Source: Adineta vaga (Eukaryota; Animalia; Rotifera). From it: a stretch of DNA of 64,000 nucleotides. The notes beneath the pieces were generated by a model. That model saw nothing but the letters and a program-made list of their open reading frames with translations, searched no databases and had not been told where the DNA came from. This document shows positions 1 to 14,097 of the stretch, in pieces (position 1 is the stretch's first letter; each line of letters opens with the position of its first letter). A program made the translations under genes and the position numbers. The stretch lies in assembly GCA_021613535.1 (NCBI GenBank), contig CP075496.1, positions 12,710,001 to 12,774,000 on the forward strand, given 5' to 3'.

Positions 1-1486
1 TTCGATGACTTATTCTTTTGAATTTTTAGAAAGAGTATTGTACAAAGAAAGTGATTTGAGTATTTCATATGGTTTATCATTGAATGGACGTTTATTCTTA
101 GCACCCGGTGATCATCTTGATGCTTTGGTATGTAAAAACATAATCAACAAGAGATTAGTTCGATGAACTTTAGCATTGATAATGATCATCATGCAATATA
201 AAATTGACGTTTAGAATGACTTTTCATGTTGAAGTTAAATACGAAATAAATTAGGAAAAAAAATATCATGATCTTTCGCGATGAATTATATTATCATGAA
301 AAATCTCAATTTGTCTAGGTACCCTTACCTGAACAAGAAGGACCACAACGTGGTACATGGCAAAAATTAGAAATGTTTGGTTCAAAAGAACTTGCTTATG
401 CAATAACTATGCATGATTATGAATTATTCATGGCTATTAATCCAGTGAGAATTTCATTCATAATTCTGAATGTAAAAATAAAACATTTTGATTTCGTTTT
501 TCAGCATGAACTACTTTATCAAGTATTCGGTCGATATAAATATGGAAAACTTACAGCTAATTTAGATACATTTATGCGACGATTTAATGAAATACAATAT
601 TGGATTGTAACAGAAATATGTTTAACGCCAAGTCCTGGTAAACGTGTACAACTTTTAAGAAAATTCATTAAACTTGCATCATAGTAAGTTAAGAAACTAT
701 TTCGAAGAAAATAATAACGAGTTTTTGATTGATTTAGTTGTAAAGAATATCGTAATTTGAATTCGTTTTTTGCGATTGTTATGGGTTTAAGTAATATTGC
801 TGTTAGTCGATTATCTCTTACTTGGGAAGTAAGTAAATTATTAATTATTGACAATCATCTATGATTGTGTTTATATAGAGATTACCAAGTAAAATCAAAC
901 GTATGTTTTCCGAATTTGAAACATTGATGGATCCATCACGTAATCATCGAGTTTATCGTTCAACATTAACTAAACTTACACCACCTATTATATTATTTAT
1001 GCCACTTTTACTCAAAGGTTTGTTTGATAGACTATGTTCACTTGTTTTCAAATATTTATTTAGATTTAACATTTACTCATGAAGGAAACAAAACATATAT
1101 AATTGAAGGATTAGTTAATTTTGAAAAAATGGTACGATTTTTTTGTGTTTGAAATTAAAATTGGTATTCTTGATTCGTTATCTTTTTTAAATTCAGAGAA
1201 TGTTATCACATACAATGCGTACATTAAAGATTTGTCGAAGTCAGACATTACGTAAGCATTTTCGAATGTAAGAATAAATATTGAAATAGAATTTCGATTC
1301 TTATAGAATTACAAGTACCACAAGGTGCAAAAAATCTCTCTGAAATTCAAGAATATGTTCGGTATATTTCATTTCTTGTCTCATATATCTCATTGTATGA
1401 TATTTTCTTCTAGAGAAATGAATGTTATCGATAATCAACGTATTCTCAATCAATTATCGAACAAACTAGAACCACGTCAAACTTAA
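1..1486 (+). CDS. RAPGEF4: Rap guanine nucleotide exchange factor (Epac/RAPGEF4-like), 3' part: end of RA region plus CDC25-type RasGEF domain; 5'-truncated by window
   Basis: About nine short exons give [132 protein letters not shown]. Stop TAA at 1484-1486. Confidence 0.9.
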
Positions 1487-1930
1487 AATATTTGTCTCTC
1501 CATGTGATTCTTTTTTTTTCTTCAAACATATCGAAAAAGGAAAACAATCTTTATTTGTTTGTTTTTTTGCAATTTATTGATGTCTTATAATAAATGATCA
1601 GGAAAGAAATTCTCTTCTAAGTTCTTCTATCTCAACATGAATTTATTTATTCACTCTATGTGTCGATTTAGATCAAAGAGAATGAACTATTTCGATATCT
1701 TTTTTCGTTTATTTTCTTTTCTTTTCTCTTTTTTTTTATATCGAATGATCATGCTGATGTCTAAACAAGAGTCTTGTCAACAATCATTTGTTTATTTGTC
1801 ATTGTAAATAAAAAGATTTGGAAGCGGAGAGTTGCGCGAACTTGCTTTCTTTTGTTTTCTAACAATAATTAAAGCGCTTTTATTCTTCTTCATCATTGTA
1901 ATGAAAAATATCGAGTAGATTGATTTCAGC

Positions 1931-3780
1931 ATGTCAACTGATCAATTAATTGAACGTTGGTGTAAAGATCATGCGACACGTATGTGTTAAATAGAATCAC
2001 GTTGATTTTCTGTTTGTGCTTTGGATTTGTATAGCAGCTACGGTTCAATGGTTGGTAGATAATTTTGAACCAGCTGAAGGTAGTTCAATACGTCGATCGA
2101 TTTTATATAATTTTTATCTTGAACATTGTCTTATTCTCAAAATTGAATCATTAAATCCTGCTAGTTTTGGAAAATTAATTCATTCAGTCTTTCTCGGATT
2201 AAAAACTCGTCGATTAGGTACACGGTAATGATTTTTGATTGAGTTGTTTTTTTTTCAATATCATCTTCTTCTATTCTATTCTCAAGAGGTAATTCAAAAT
2301 ATCATTATTATGGTATTCAAGTAAAATCTTCATCATCTCTAATAAAACAAATGTCTTTCGATGGTGATTTATTACTTCAACAAGATTTCGATACACAATC
2401 AATGAATTTCAATATGTCACCCAATGATTATATATCTTCTCCATTATCAAATAATCTGATGAATTCATCATTTGATTCTTCTTTCACCAATGAATTTCCA
2501 TCGGATATAACAACGGATGATATAAAAATCTTTCATAAAACACATGATGAATATTCAAATAAACTTTATCAAGCTTTAATTAAATTTCAATATGATTCAA
2601 TTGAAAAAATTCTTCAACAATTTTGGTCATTAACAAATATTCATTTTTCACAAACAAATGAACTTACAAATAATGGTAGATTTCTACATTTCTCAAAATT
2701 TATTAGTTTTCCTTTGAGAATTTTCCATTCAGATTCAATGATTATCTGGAAATTTAATCGTATATGTACATTTCCATTTATTCTCGATCAATTTCGTTTA
2801 TTCTATTCGAAATTCTATCAAACAATCATTGATCATTATTTTCCAAATGTTCTCACATCTCTAATACAAACAACACTTGTCTGTTGATATTCTTTTGATA
2901 TTCTCTTATTTTCTCTCTTTCTTCTTCAACACAGGAAGCCATTCGTACAATTGCAATGAATATGTCACATTGGTTTCGTTACGCTATTGACCATCTCTAC
3001 GAGCCATTAAAATCTACACTTCTTCAATATACTCAAATATTCAGTTCACTTCTCTTACGTTATACATCATTAAATCATTTGTCTTTAACAATACAAAATA
3101 TGTTTCTACAATCTTCACGTTTATTAACAATGTCAAATGATTTAACATGTATAAATTTTCCAAATTTACACGAACAAATCAATTGGTTAGTTGAATGTGA
3201 TTTAAATCTTTTTAATAAAATTGAACAATGTTTAAAAAATTTATTTCAATGTCAATCAATGTTAACTATAGAAAATTGGACAACCTTTATCAATACATTA
3301 TTAGATGATTATTTAATTTTATATAATAATACTCCCGATTATCTCTTTCATGCTCGACAATTTCTCTTAAAAACAAATTTTTATTGTTCATTAATCTTAC
3401 GTGAATTAACATTACATTATGGTACATCAGTTGGATCATTTCATCTCTTACAAATATTTATTGAAGAATATCTTTACTATCGTATTGAACATAAACTATC
3501 ATTATATTTCAATCAAACAGCAATGAATTTTATGATGGAAAATTTCATGAATAAACAACAGAATCTTCGAAGAAATTCAACATATGAAGATTTGTTTAAT
3601 GATGACGATCTTGATGATGACTTAGAAAGTTTAGGAGAAGATTTTCATGATCAAAGAAATCATTTGAAACCATTATCACCTGTTCAAATGGAAGATTTTA
3701 TTTTACCAAATGAAACAATTCCAAATTCATTTTCATATATATTTGAAGATCTACAACCATTAGTGAATGAAATCTTTTAA
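1931..3780 (+). CDS. RFX: RFX-family winged-helix transcription factor (DNA-binding domain plus dimerisation domain)
   Basis: ATG 1931. Intron 1980-2034 gives HATPATVQWLVDNFE; then LNPASFGKLIHSVFLGLKTRRLGTR|GNSKYHYYGI. The last exon has LLRYTSLNHL, ARQFLLK and LILRELTLHYGTSVGSFHLL, matching the RFX dimerisation region. Confidence 0.92.
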
Positions 3781-4950
3781 GAAAATAAAAAGCAAAAAAA
3801 CAGATTAGTTATTTTTCGAAATATGTTCTTCTCATCTGTTTCTCATCAAATCAATCTTTTCTTTTTTTTCTCTCTCTGCCATTGTATAAGTCAATTAAAC
3901 TTATGATCGATGAGTATTATTTCATTTTAATATCGAACTTATCATTCATGATACCACACTAACATGTCAAAAATGATCATTATCATCGAAATGAACTGCA
4001 TAAGTCACAATCACAGCATGTTTAGTTTGCCTTTTCCTTTTCTCGAACTCTAGTGACCTTTACTTAGACATTTCACACGTTAATTCGAACTGAAGAGAAA
4101 GAAGAAGAAGAAGAAGTATTAATTGTTCAGTAGAATAACAACTAGGAATCGGACAGTGATAATCCGAGATGAGTAACAATTTGCACGTCTCACATCTGCA
4201 GATCATTGTTGCTGCTTTTACTGGTTATGTCTTATGTTTATATTATTGTTCTTCTTCTTTCAGATATATATATGCAAGAATGTGTACACACGTCGATGCT
4301 CAAATGTCGAATCGTCTTGCTTTTCTCCTTCCGGCTAGATAAACAAGTGCATTTAGCATTAATTCATCCATTCTTAGTCGAGAAGTATTTCAATTGACTT
4401 ATCACTCATTTTCTTTTTCGAATCTGTTCTTTCGATTGAACATCATCAGCAGCAGGAGGAGAATGAATCGTCCATAGAGACTCGTTTATGCAAAAAGAAT
4501 AATGATACTATCAAAATTTGATAAGATTTCGACAAGTGAATGTTGTCGTTTTTTAAATATGATGAAATAAAACAGAATGAGTGAAGGATGGAGAGAAAGA
4601 AAGAATAGGATCGAATAACGATCTTATCAGACATATACTCATCACTTCATCACTGAATTTAACAAATCTTCAATTCCCTGATGAAATATTCTTATTTGTT
4701 ATCAAATTTAGTACTATGATCAATAATTATTTGTTGTATTACGAGAAATGAAGAGCAAGTTTTTGTCGAATAGAATTCTTTAGATCTTCAATCATTTTTA
4801 AGAAAGAACAACAAGAAGAAAACAAAGTGAAGAAGAAAAAAAGACGTCAGGAACAACAATATGATGCGAGCGAGCTATAAGAATTAAAAGAATGATAGAT
4901 GAATAAAGAAAACTCACACCCCGTGGAGAGTTGATTATCTCTACATTTGG

Positions 4951-5805
4951 TTAGTTTTCTTGATAATCATCAGGAGAAAATGGTCCATTACCAATCGATG
5001 TTTGTTGTTCATTATTTGGATTATCATTAGTAGACCAAGCACCTTCCATACGCCATACACTAAATGCATAACTTAATGGACGTTCGCTTTGTTGGACTGG
5101 TGGTGATGATGATGAACTTGTATCAAGTGTAGGCTGCTGTTGTTGTTGTTGTTGTTGTTGTGTTAATGGTAGATTAGATGATGAAGCATGTTCTTCATCA
5201 GAACGTAAAATTTGATACAGAAAATCAATGTATCGAGTTGCTAATTTTAATGTTTGAATTTTAGATAATTTATCCGATGGTAATGTTGGAATAATATGAC
5301 GCAGATGTGCAAAAGCATCATTTAAGGATTGTGTACGTTGTCGTTCTCGTACATTGGCAATAGCACGTTGATTTTGTACATCATCTTGAGACATTGTTTG
5401 CTGTTGCTCTTGCTCTTGCTGCTGCTGCTGCTGCTGTTGTTGGTGATGGTGCTGTTGTCGTCGTTTTGATGACATTCGACGTGATGTATTTGTTGATGAA
5501 TAAGGTTGAACATTTAATCGACGTGTTGTACGACGTATACGTCGAGAATGATTCGTATTATTTGAAGAATCCAATAGATGTTTGTCATTTGTTGTTGATG
5601 TATCAAGATAATTTTCATCAATATGCATCGGTGTTGATGGTGAACTTAAACTTGATTCACTTCCTGCACTATTCATAGATGTTAAAGAATAGATTCCAAC
5701 AGGATATTGTTGATTATTTGTTGATGAAGATGAATATTCACTTTTAATAAATGTATTTAGAAATGTTTGATGTGGAAGAATTGCCGTTGAAGAATTTAAA
5801 TCCAT
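4951..5805 (-). CDS. twist: Twist bHLH transcription factor, single coding exon
   Basis: [55 protein letters not shown] plus the Twist WR motif [14 protein letters not shown]. First in-frame ATG at 5805. Two polyQ tracts. Confidence 0.96.
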   Translation of the reverse strand: MDLNSSTAILPHQTFLNTFIKSEYSSSSTNNQQYPVGIYSLTSMNSAGSESSLSSPSTPMHIDENYLDTSTTNDKHLLDSSNNTNHSRRIRRTTRRLNVQPYSSTNTSRRMSSKRRQQHHHQQQQQQQQQEQEQQQTMSQDDVQNQRAIANVRERQRTQSLNDAFAHLRHIIPTLPSDKLSKIQTLKLATRYIDFLYQILRSDEEHASSSNLPLTQQQQQQQQQPTLDTSSSSSPPVQQSERPLSYAFSVWRMEGAWSTNDNPNNEQQTSIGNGPFSPDDYQEN

Positions 5806-7832
5806 GAAAACAAAACAAACAAACAAACCAAGCAGACTTTGTAGAAATATCTTTTCGATTCTAAAAATAAATAAATAAATCAAAAAGAAAATTTTAAACT
5901 AAATTATTATTATTATTCTAATAATCTTCATCGTTAATTAAAACCATATTCAATAGTATCAACTCTGTTCTAAAGCGTTTCTCTTTCTTAATTCTTTTCA
6001 CTTGCCTGTGTATATATAGTTATCAGATGTAAACGATTAGGTTCATCTGGTTAATATCGAACATGAAGATCTCCTATTTTCTTGTGCAATGTTGTTGCTC
6101 TAAGCCTGGTGTGTATACAGAGACAAATGTAAGACAAGTACAAGTAGTAGCTGATTCGCACACGTCTTCAATTAGATATGCAATATGGATGCGTTTTGCC
6201 TTTCACTTCTCCAAAAGAAAAGAAAAGAAAAGAAAAGAACAAACATATAGAAATATATTTTTCTTCGCTATTGATTGGTCAATAGATAATCTCGGATGCT
6301 GAGAGAAGAAAAAAAGAAAGAATACTACAGCATTCTTTTTCTTATGTCTCGAATAGAGATTACTAGAACATGAATAAAAGAAAGAACACGATTGCTATTG
6401 GTGGTATGTCTATGGTTAGATTCTTTTTGATTAGCCAATCTGTCTGTAAGTAGTATTGGAGAAAAGAGAAAGATATAATACATGTATATTATCCTAAAGA
6501 TAGAACAATCATATTATTTGTATTTGAAAAGTCAGAGGAAAAAAAATTTGTCATTTGTTTCTTAATTAATGTCATGATTTGTTATACATGAATTCATATA
6601 TAACAATTGACATGTCTCATTAACACAAATTTCTAGTATTATTGCTTTTCTTTTATCTTTTACATACATTTGTTATCCATGTGTGTATATTTAAGTAAGC
6701 TAAGACGATCCTATTCATGTATGATAGATATCGAATAAAAAAAATGTCTTTCATCTCACTCTTGTCTTTCATTTTGTTGTTCCTACTTTGAAAGAAAAAG
6801 AAGAAGATATTTGATGTGTTTATAAAATCGTTGTTTTGATTATTTTGAGAAGATTAAGAAAACGAGACAATTTGATTTTTATTTATTGCAATTGATGGAC
6901 AATGATTACCAAGAGAAATAGATAACAATTTGACTTGTTACAATATTAATGGTAAGAAAAAAAAACATATTTCATATGATTTACTATCCATTCGAGGACA
7001 TATAGATAGAGAAAAGATCGGAGATTTCAGATGGTAATAAAAACAATAGATTTTTTAAAAGTATTCAATTAGTGTCCGATGGTTTACGCATGTATCTAAA
7101 GAATAGAAGTTTATATGATATGTAATGTAGTAATGTATTTCTATCCGATAGTTTTGATGTTTGCAGATGGAAATATAAACAAGAATAGAAGAGGATTTGA
7201 TGTATGTCAGATAATTTGATAAGCTATTTATTATATATCATTCGAATTGTGATATATTTATCAATATAAATCAAATGAATTTTTTACTTATAGCTTTCAA
7301 CAAAGTCTTTGGAATCTTTTATAATCATTATTCAAGTACGAACAAATATAAACTTATTTATAGCAGTAGTTTTCTAATCGATAATTGATACAATATGTTC
7401 TTCATAGAATCAAAATGAAGATTTTGTTTTACTCATGTGTATCTGACATAGTTACAAAAGTCTTTTAAAGAAGTCGTTTTTCCTTGACTCATTTTTTGAC
7501 GCAATAAGTTTACTTTGCAAATATGTCTTGAAAAGAAGAAGGACATATGTCCAGATACAAGAAGAAATGAAACTGTTATATAATACGATCATCACTCGAA
7601 GTGTTGGTTTTATTTAAGATAAATAATCATATTAAAAAAGTCTATATGGATTTTTATTTGATTCTTCTAATTGTTGTACTTTTCATTAGAAAAGATAAAT
7701 GAAAAAAACGATATATATTCAAAAGAAAAGACAACGAGAACTGAGCAATTGAAAAGACATTTTTTTCTATATATTCGAGGATAAAATATGTAAAGATTAT
7801 ATTGAGATTTGAAGAAGTATTTCGAATTAAAT

Positions 7833-10800
7833 CTATAATCGTTTGTTTTTCTCGTATGGTAAATGAAGTTGTTGAATGATTTGACTAACACGTTCCATAG
7901 AATTTACTTCATGCGTATTTTCATTTGATATAACAACAGATCGTTCTCGTAATGCAGATTCGATAGGTGCTAAAAGTTGTTGAGTAGAATAGATATGTGT
8001 TTTAGGCTTTGAAACTCGTTTATGTTGTGCAATATTATTGAATACTGACGGCATTTTTGTACCTGTTCCAGCATTAGTTCGTATTGGAGATGTTTCCGGT
8101 TTTGATGAAGAAGTAATAGTATTATTAGTGATAGAATGTAAACGATGATGATTAATACCATTGGAGTCTGTTTGAGTTTCATACGAATATCGATATGATG
8201 AATCTATGGTGGATGTTTCACCAGGATTTATTGATGATGAAAGATTAAGAAGTGGTGAAATAGATGTTTTTACTTCTAATACATTAGCTAGTTGATTTGT
8301 TTCATTTGTAGGAATTGGTTTTAATTGTTGTGGTGGACGACGTTCAGTACGTAATCGACGTATTGGTAATGTTTTCGATATTGTAGGCTGAGAAACATAT
8401 GTTCCACTTATTGTTGAAATTGTTTGATCAACCGTTGGTGATAGAAAATCATTGAGAGTTAATGAAGCCATCGAAGCTGTTCGTTTACCGATTACTTCTG
8501 ATGCAGATGCATTTCGATCAATACTAACTGATGTTTCTATTGGTGGTTGATCAGATATGCAATAAACATCTAAATAAAATTATCGATCACTTATTAAAGA
8601 TCGAAAATGATGTCTTACTTTGTTCAGTATCAGCATCATAATCATTTGTCTAGAAATGTATGATATTTTAAAAAGATAAATGTAAATATTATTTTATATC
8701 AATAAATTTCTCATACCTGAAATTCTTGTAACATTGCATTGATCTTTTTCTAAAGAAAAATTATCATATTTTGTTTTTCCTATAAATAATCATCTAGCAA
8801 TATTATACCTGTTTTCGTTCTAAAGCTCGTTCCGTACTAAAAATTGGTTGTCCATGTCCACTTCGATTCGCATATTTACTAACAAATAGACACCTCGTGG
8901 TGGTAATAAACGAGTTGCCTTGTCCATCTAAATAACAGAAATAGTTCTATATATATTTTCAAAATAATGTGAGTTACACACAAAACACATGTCAAAGCAT
9001 AAAGCATCCCATTAAAAAAATATATCAAAGCAACACAATTCATATGATATTTTGAAGTTGATGATTAGAGGTGATATTGATTAGGTGACGGACAAAAACT
9101 AGTTTAGATGAATATTTAATGGATTTATTGTTATCTAGAACCTGATCAACAGCAAGCGTAAGTTTTATTTGTTGACACGACTCAGTTTCAGATGCCATTG
9201 ATGGATAGGATATACGATTTCGACGAAGAGGCTCATAAGTAATAGTACCATCAAAATCTTCATTAGTCTATTTAGATTTGATATTGACAGTGCCGATGTA
9301 TTACAATACATGATTAGAAAAAAAAATAGATCTCACCGATGCAAATGTTGTCTTGATAGGTTGAATTTGATGAATCTAAGGGTGAATATCAATGATGTTT
9401 TTTTTCTTTAATTTACTCTAATTTTCTAGATATTTTATCTCATCTTTATCTGATCATAATATGAAATGAATATTCGTATTTATTTTACCTCTCGTTTACG
9501 AGCTAATTTTACTACACGTTCTTCCATGGCTTTCTCAGCTCGTTTTTTTCTTGATTGTTTCTTGGGCATGTTTCCTCCAGTTTCTTCATCATCTGCTCTT
9601 CGTCTTCTTTCTCGTCTACCAACAGCATCAGTAGCATCACTACCACCACCTTTTCGATATGGTATTTCTGGTAACTCACCACCTTCAGGATCACTATCAG
9701 AATCACTCGAACTATTTAAAATGAACAAATTAGTCTTTTTCTATTGAACAAAATAGAATTGATAACAAACGTTGATGCATCTTGTTCATAAATCGTACGA
9801 TGACATTGTGTTAACGCTTGTAAACAATCAGATATTGACGTCATTGAAACTACTGATTCATCATTTTGTTTTTCTTCTAAAATATTCAATTTATCAATGA
9901 TTATTAAAACACATTCTGTTATCTATCTTACCAGGATAGAGAACATGTAATAGACCAGGTGGAATTTTATCTTTTGCTAATTTAAGAAGAACACATTTTG
10001 TAATATCCATAAAGATACCATCCATTCGTCTACATATACAAACAGATAATTAACAATAACAACAAGAAATTCTACTAACGATGGATTAGAAAGAATATCT
10101 AAATATTGTCTTAATGATTCACATATACATTGACCAAATTTTTCATAATCTTGAATATTAAAATGTGATGGTTTATCTCTACAATATAAATATCGATTAA
10201 AAATCTATCAAATAGAGTAAACTTACACAATACTTGATCCACCAAATGATGCTTCAAGTGTAAAACTATTTTTAATCATCATTTCTTTCCACATTACAAC
10301 ACGTCCTGTTGATTCCTTACATCGACGAATATGAAATTTACAATCATCAAATGCAAACATTTCCGGTGCCTATTATATCATAAAATCAATAAATTCATCT
10401 TTCTAAACAATATATCTTCTCCTCACTGTTTTCGACATAATAAATGGTAGAACACGTGCATTTAAGAAATTTTTCATATCTGGTTGTGGTCCATCACATC
10501 CATCACAACCATAAGCGAAGACATTGGACTTTCGACTATGACCATGAAGATCACAAAAAGCTAAAATCTATTCAAAAACAAATACAACGAAAGTTTTCTT
10601 CATATAAATTCTTACTTCACGTCGTTCTTTTTGTAACGTTTGTACTAATTGTTTGATGTGATAAATAGTAGGAAAACTTTGTTTATGTGGATGACGAAAA
10701 TTACGATTCATATCTTTTCCTGTTAATGAACATCGATAATTACCAATAATAACACCATCAGGATTAAGCATTGGAATTATTTTAAATACCAATTGTGAAC

Positions 10801-13800
10801 GTAATCTCTATACAAAAGAAAAACAAAAAAATTTTAGTTTTATTTCAAAGAATTTTCTATCATACTTTAGCAATTTCATCATCGGATGTAATAAATTCAA
10901 GTAAACCACGCATCATATAACTAGAATTCGTTTCACCAGGATGAATTCGAGCTGAAACCAACACAAATTTCTTTTGTTTAATTGGTACAGCTACAAAATA
11001 AGAAATATCTCCTCACTATTTCACATATTTTCTTCTTGTTTATTACATACATTCATCAGTCACAGTTACAATAAAACATGAATTTCCTGCTTGAGATTCA
11101 CATAAAATATCACGACGAAAAATATCACGGGGTCTAATTGAACTTAAATAATCTAAATCATCTTTGAGATCGGTGAATGTATATGGATAACAATGAGATA
11201 TATAACATGTATCACCCGAATAAAAGAATTCCTAAGAGAAAGAAAAATGTTGAAATTCCGAAGAGAAGTTTTTTTTTCTCCTTCATATAAACATACAAGT
11301 TGAAAATCAAGTTCAAAATAATTAATATCACGTTCAAGTAAGGAATTATAAACACGTGGTTTATATTCACAATAATTTATATGATGACCAACACGATGCC
11401 AACCTTGTAATTCACGCTTTTTAGCCATATCAGAAAAAAGTAATATTTTCATGCCTAATTCAAATAAAAACAAACAATTATAAAATGAAATTTTCAATAT
11501 TAATCTGAACTAAATTTCTTTTTGTGTTTTTTTTTTCGTAAAGGAATCGATTCTTATTGCCTAGACATTCTTCATTTTCATCTAAACGTAGGTTTTTATT
11601 GTTTCTATCGTCAAATAATGATTAAAATCAAATATTGACATATTCGATCGTATTATTTAGTTTATGAAGGTTGAATCAACATTGGAAACACTACTAATAA
11701 TAAATCTTAAATTTTGTCATTAAATATTAGAATATGTTTCATAGATGTGTTCAAAATTGTTTCAATAGACGATAAAATCGAAAATAGTCGATTGATTTCT
11801 CAATTCTTCATACGTACTTAACATGAAAACTTATGACATATGTGAATTAGCATTTCAATAGAGAGAGAAGAAAGAAAAGTCTTCATGATCTGCTTTGAAT
11901 TACCTTCATTGTACAGACTGCCTTTTTTCATTAAATTTATAATTCGAAAACGATAAGTAACATTTGCAATCATATTTTGAACCCGAAAATAATACCATTG
12001 TGTATGTCGTCGAGTATAAAGATCAGGACGAAGAATAAGTTCATATTCAAATTGACCTCTAAAAGACATTCTATTTGTATTGAAAACGACAAAAATTCTT
12101 TTTTGTTTTCGATTCTTACACACGTTTTGCTTGTTGTAAATTTCCTCCTTCGAATCGTGATTCGAATATCAACGGTGGACATATAAATTCATTATCTAAC
12201 GGTTTAACTTCTTGTTTTCGCGGTGATTTATCGACATCATAAACAACAATTGAATGTTTAAATACATCAGTATACTTTTGATTAGCTGGTTGATTATCGA
12301 ATGTTTGATGAAGTTTTGTATCTAAAGAATAATATTCTTTAGGTGGATGTTTCATTTGATTTCGTATTAGAAATGAAAATGATGGACCGAGATGATTTAT
12401 CGGTACAATCATTGGCCAAAATGGACCATGATCATCGACAGGTATATCCGTTGAACGAAAACAAAATGTTGTCTTTATTGTTCCATCATTTAATATTGAT
12501 TCTTGTTTTTTATAAATTCGACTACGAAAATTAATATTGGAAAAAAGTTTTTTACTTGAATTAATCGTATTTTCCTGTTCATTCTCTTCCAGACCTAATT
12601 CCGTATCGGAATAGAATTTCAATAAACTATTGGATGTTCGAGAAAATATCAATGAACTTGTTGGATGGTTCAAATTGAAATCTTCTCGTGACCAAATTGA
12701 TTGTCCAATACGCATCGTGGTTTCTCGTCTCAATTAGATTACCTTTTGACATATCGATAACGAAAGAAAACTTTTAACGTCCATTTTGATGTCAAAAAAT
12801 GAATTGCAAAGAGAGAAGAGAAAAGGAAAGAAGTATAGATTGTTTGCCATCATCATCATCATCATCGTCAGATCGTTACCGATCCAAAGACAAATATAAC
12901 GAAGAAAGAAGGAGAAAAATCACTTAAATTTCTAATCTTTTTTTATTCAATTTAAACTTACTATTTAATGATGACTCATCGGTTGTGGAGTAGAATTCTT
13001 TTGGTGATAATTCTCGTGTATTTAATTTCGGTGTCGGATGAAAAATACGATGATCACATGGCCAAAATGGTCCATCTTCACTTATAATAACACCGTGTCG
13101 ATTAACAAATGTCGTTGAATTACCATTGAATGTGGATTGTTGATCAAGTAAATTTAAAATATCTGATTTATTTGATTTGATAGTACTATTTCCATATAAT
13201 AAAACGCATGATGAGGATTCATTATTTGTCGATGTTAATAATGTTCGTTTATCTTGAAGATTTTGAAAATGAAATGAGGAATTTTGTAAAGGATTATCAT
13301 TATTTTGTAGAGAATAACGTCGACGACGGCGATATCCACAAGAATCAAAGTCAAAACTATGATTTAATTGTGTCGATTTTTGATAATTAATTGTTGACGA
13401 ATAATCTCTCGTTTCTGACGAATCTTTACTATTTTGAGTACCAAGAACAGAACGATTACGTCGATCAATTTCACTCCATGGTACACCTTGTGGAATATCA
13501 ATTTCCGATTGTTGAAAAGGTAGACGTTGACCAACTCTTTTGAAAAAAACAATGAGAAAGAAAATGAAATGAATTTCTAATAAATCTTACTGAAAATTTT
13601 TCGAAAGAAACATTTCAGAGAAAATCAAGTCTAAATTTTTGTTTTTGTCAAAAGAATACAAAAGGGTGGAGGTATTCGTTATTTTCTTTTGTTTTTCAAT
13701 AGTTCTATTGAAAATACAAGACTTCTGTTTATGTAAATTTTCTGATGAAAAGAAAAAGTTTACATATGAAACAATCAATCGGTATGTTACAAAGATATTT

Positions 13801-14097
13801 TACATACCGAAGTTGTTGTTGACGTAATCTATGTACACGTTCTCGTTCTTCGGATTCATTGAGTAAGGCATGAACTTGTCGTTGAAGATCTTCTTCTAAT
13901 TGTCGATGAATATTTGAACGCCATTGTTCATAAGAATTTGTATCTAAACATAAGAAAACACAAATCCTTTCAAACGATAAGTCAAGTAAGATCGAACCAG
14001 TTTTTATACTCTGAAGTCTTTCAAGATCGAAATTCTGATTTGAAACTGGGTGAATCTGTGGTAATTTTAATGTTTGATTTTCTTTCGAATCAGCCAT
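7833..14097 (-). CDS. AGBL2: Cytosolic carboxypeptidase (M14D tubulin deglutamylase, CCP2/CCP3/Nna1-like), multi-exon, with long low-complexity tail
   Basis: [32 protein letters not shown], Zn ligands [11 protein letters not shown] and [35 protein letters not shown], catalytic FTLEASFGG, and the DSDSD acidic motif. The tail exons continue to the stop at 7833. The 5' end is uncertain because of alternative starts. Confidence 0.88.

Noticed and set aside
5322-5678. Alternative-frame and antisense ORFs (poly-Ala, poly-Ser) over twist
   Set aside because: Shadows of the CAG/CAA polyQ tract in twist.
7203-7450. 11-bp inverted pair tatgtcagata / tatctgacata as transposon ends
   Set aside because: It does not extend convincingly and has no target-site duplication; compatible with chance in AT-rich DNA.
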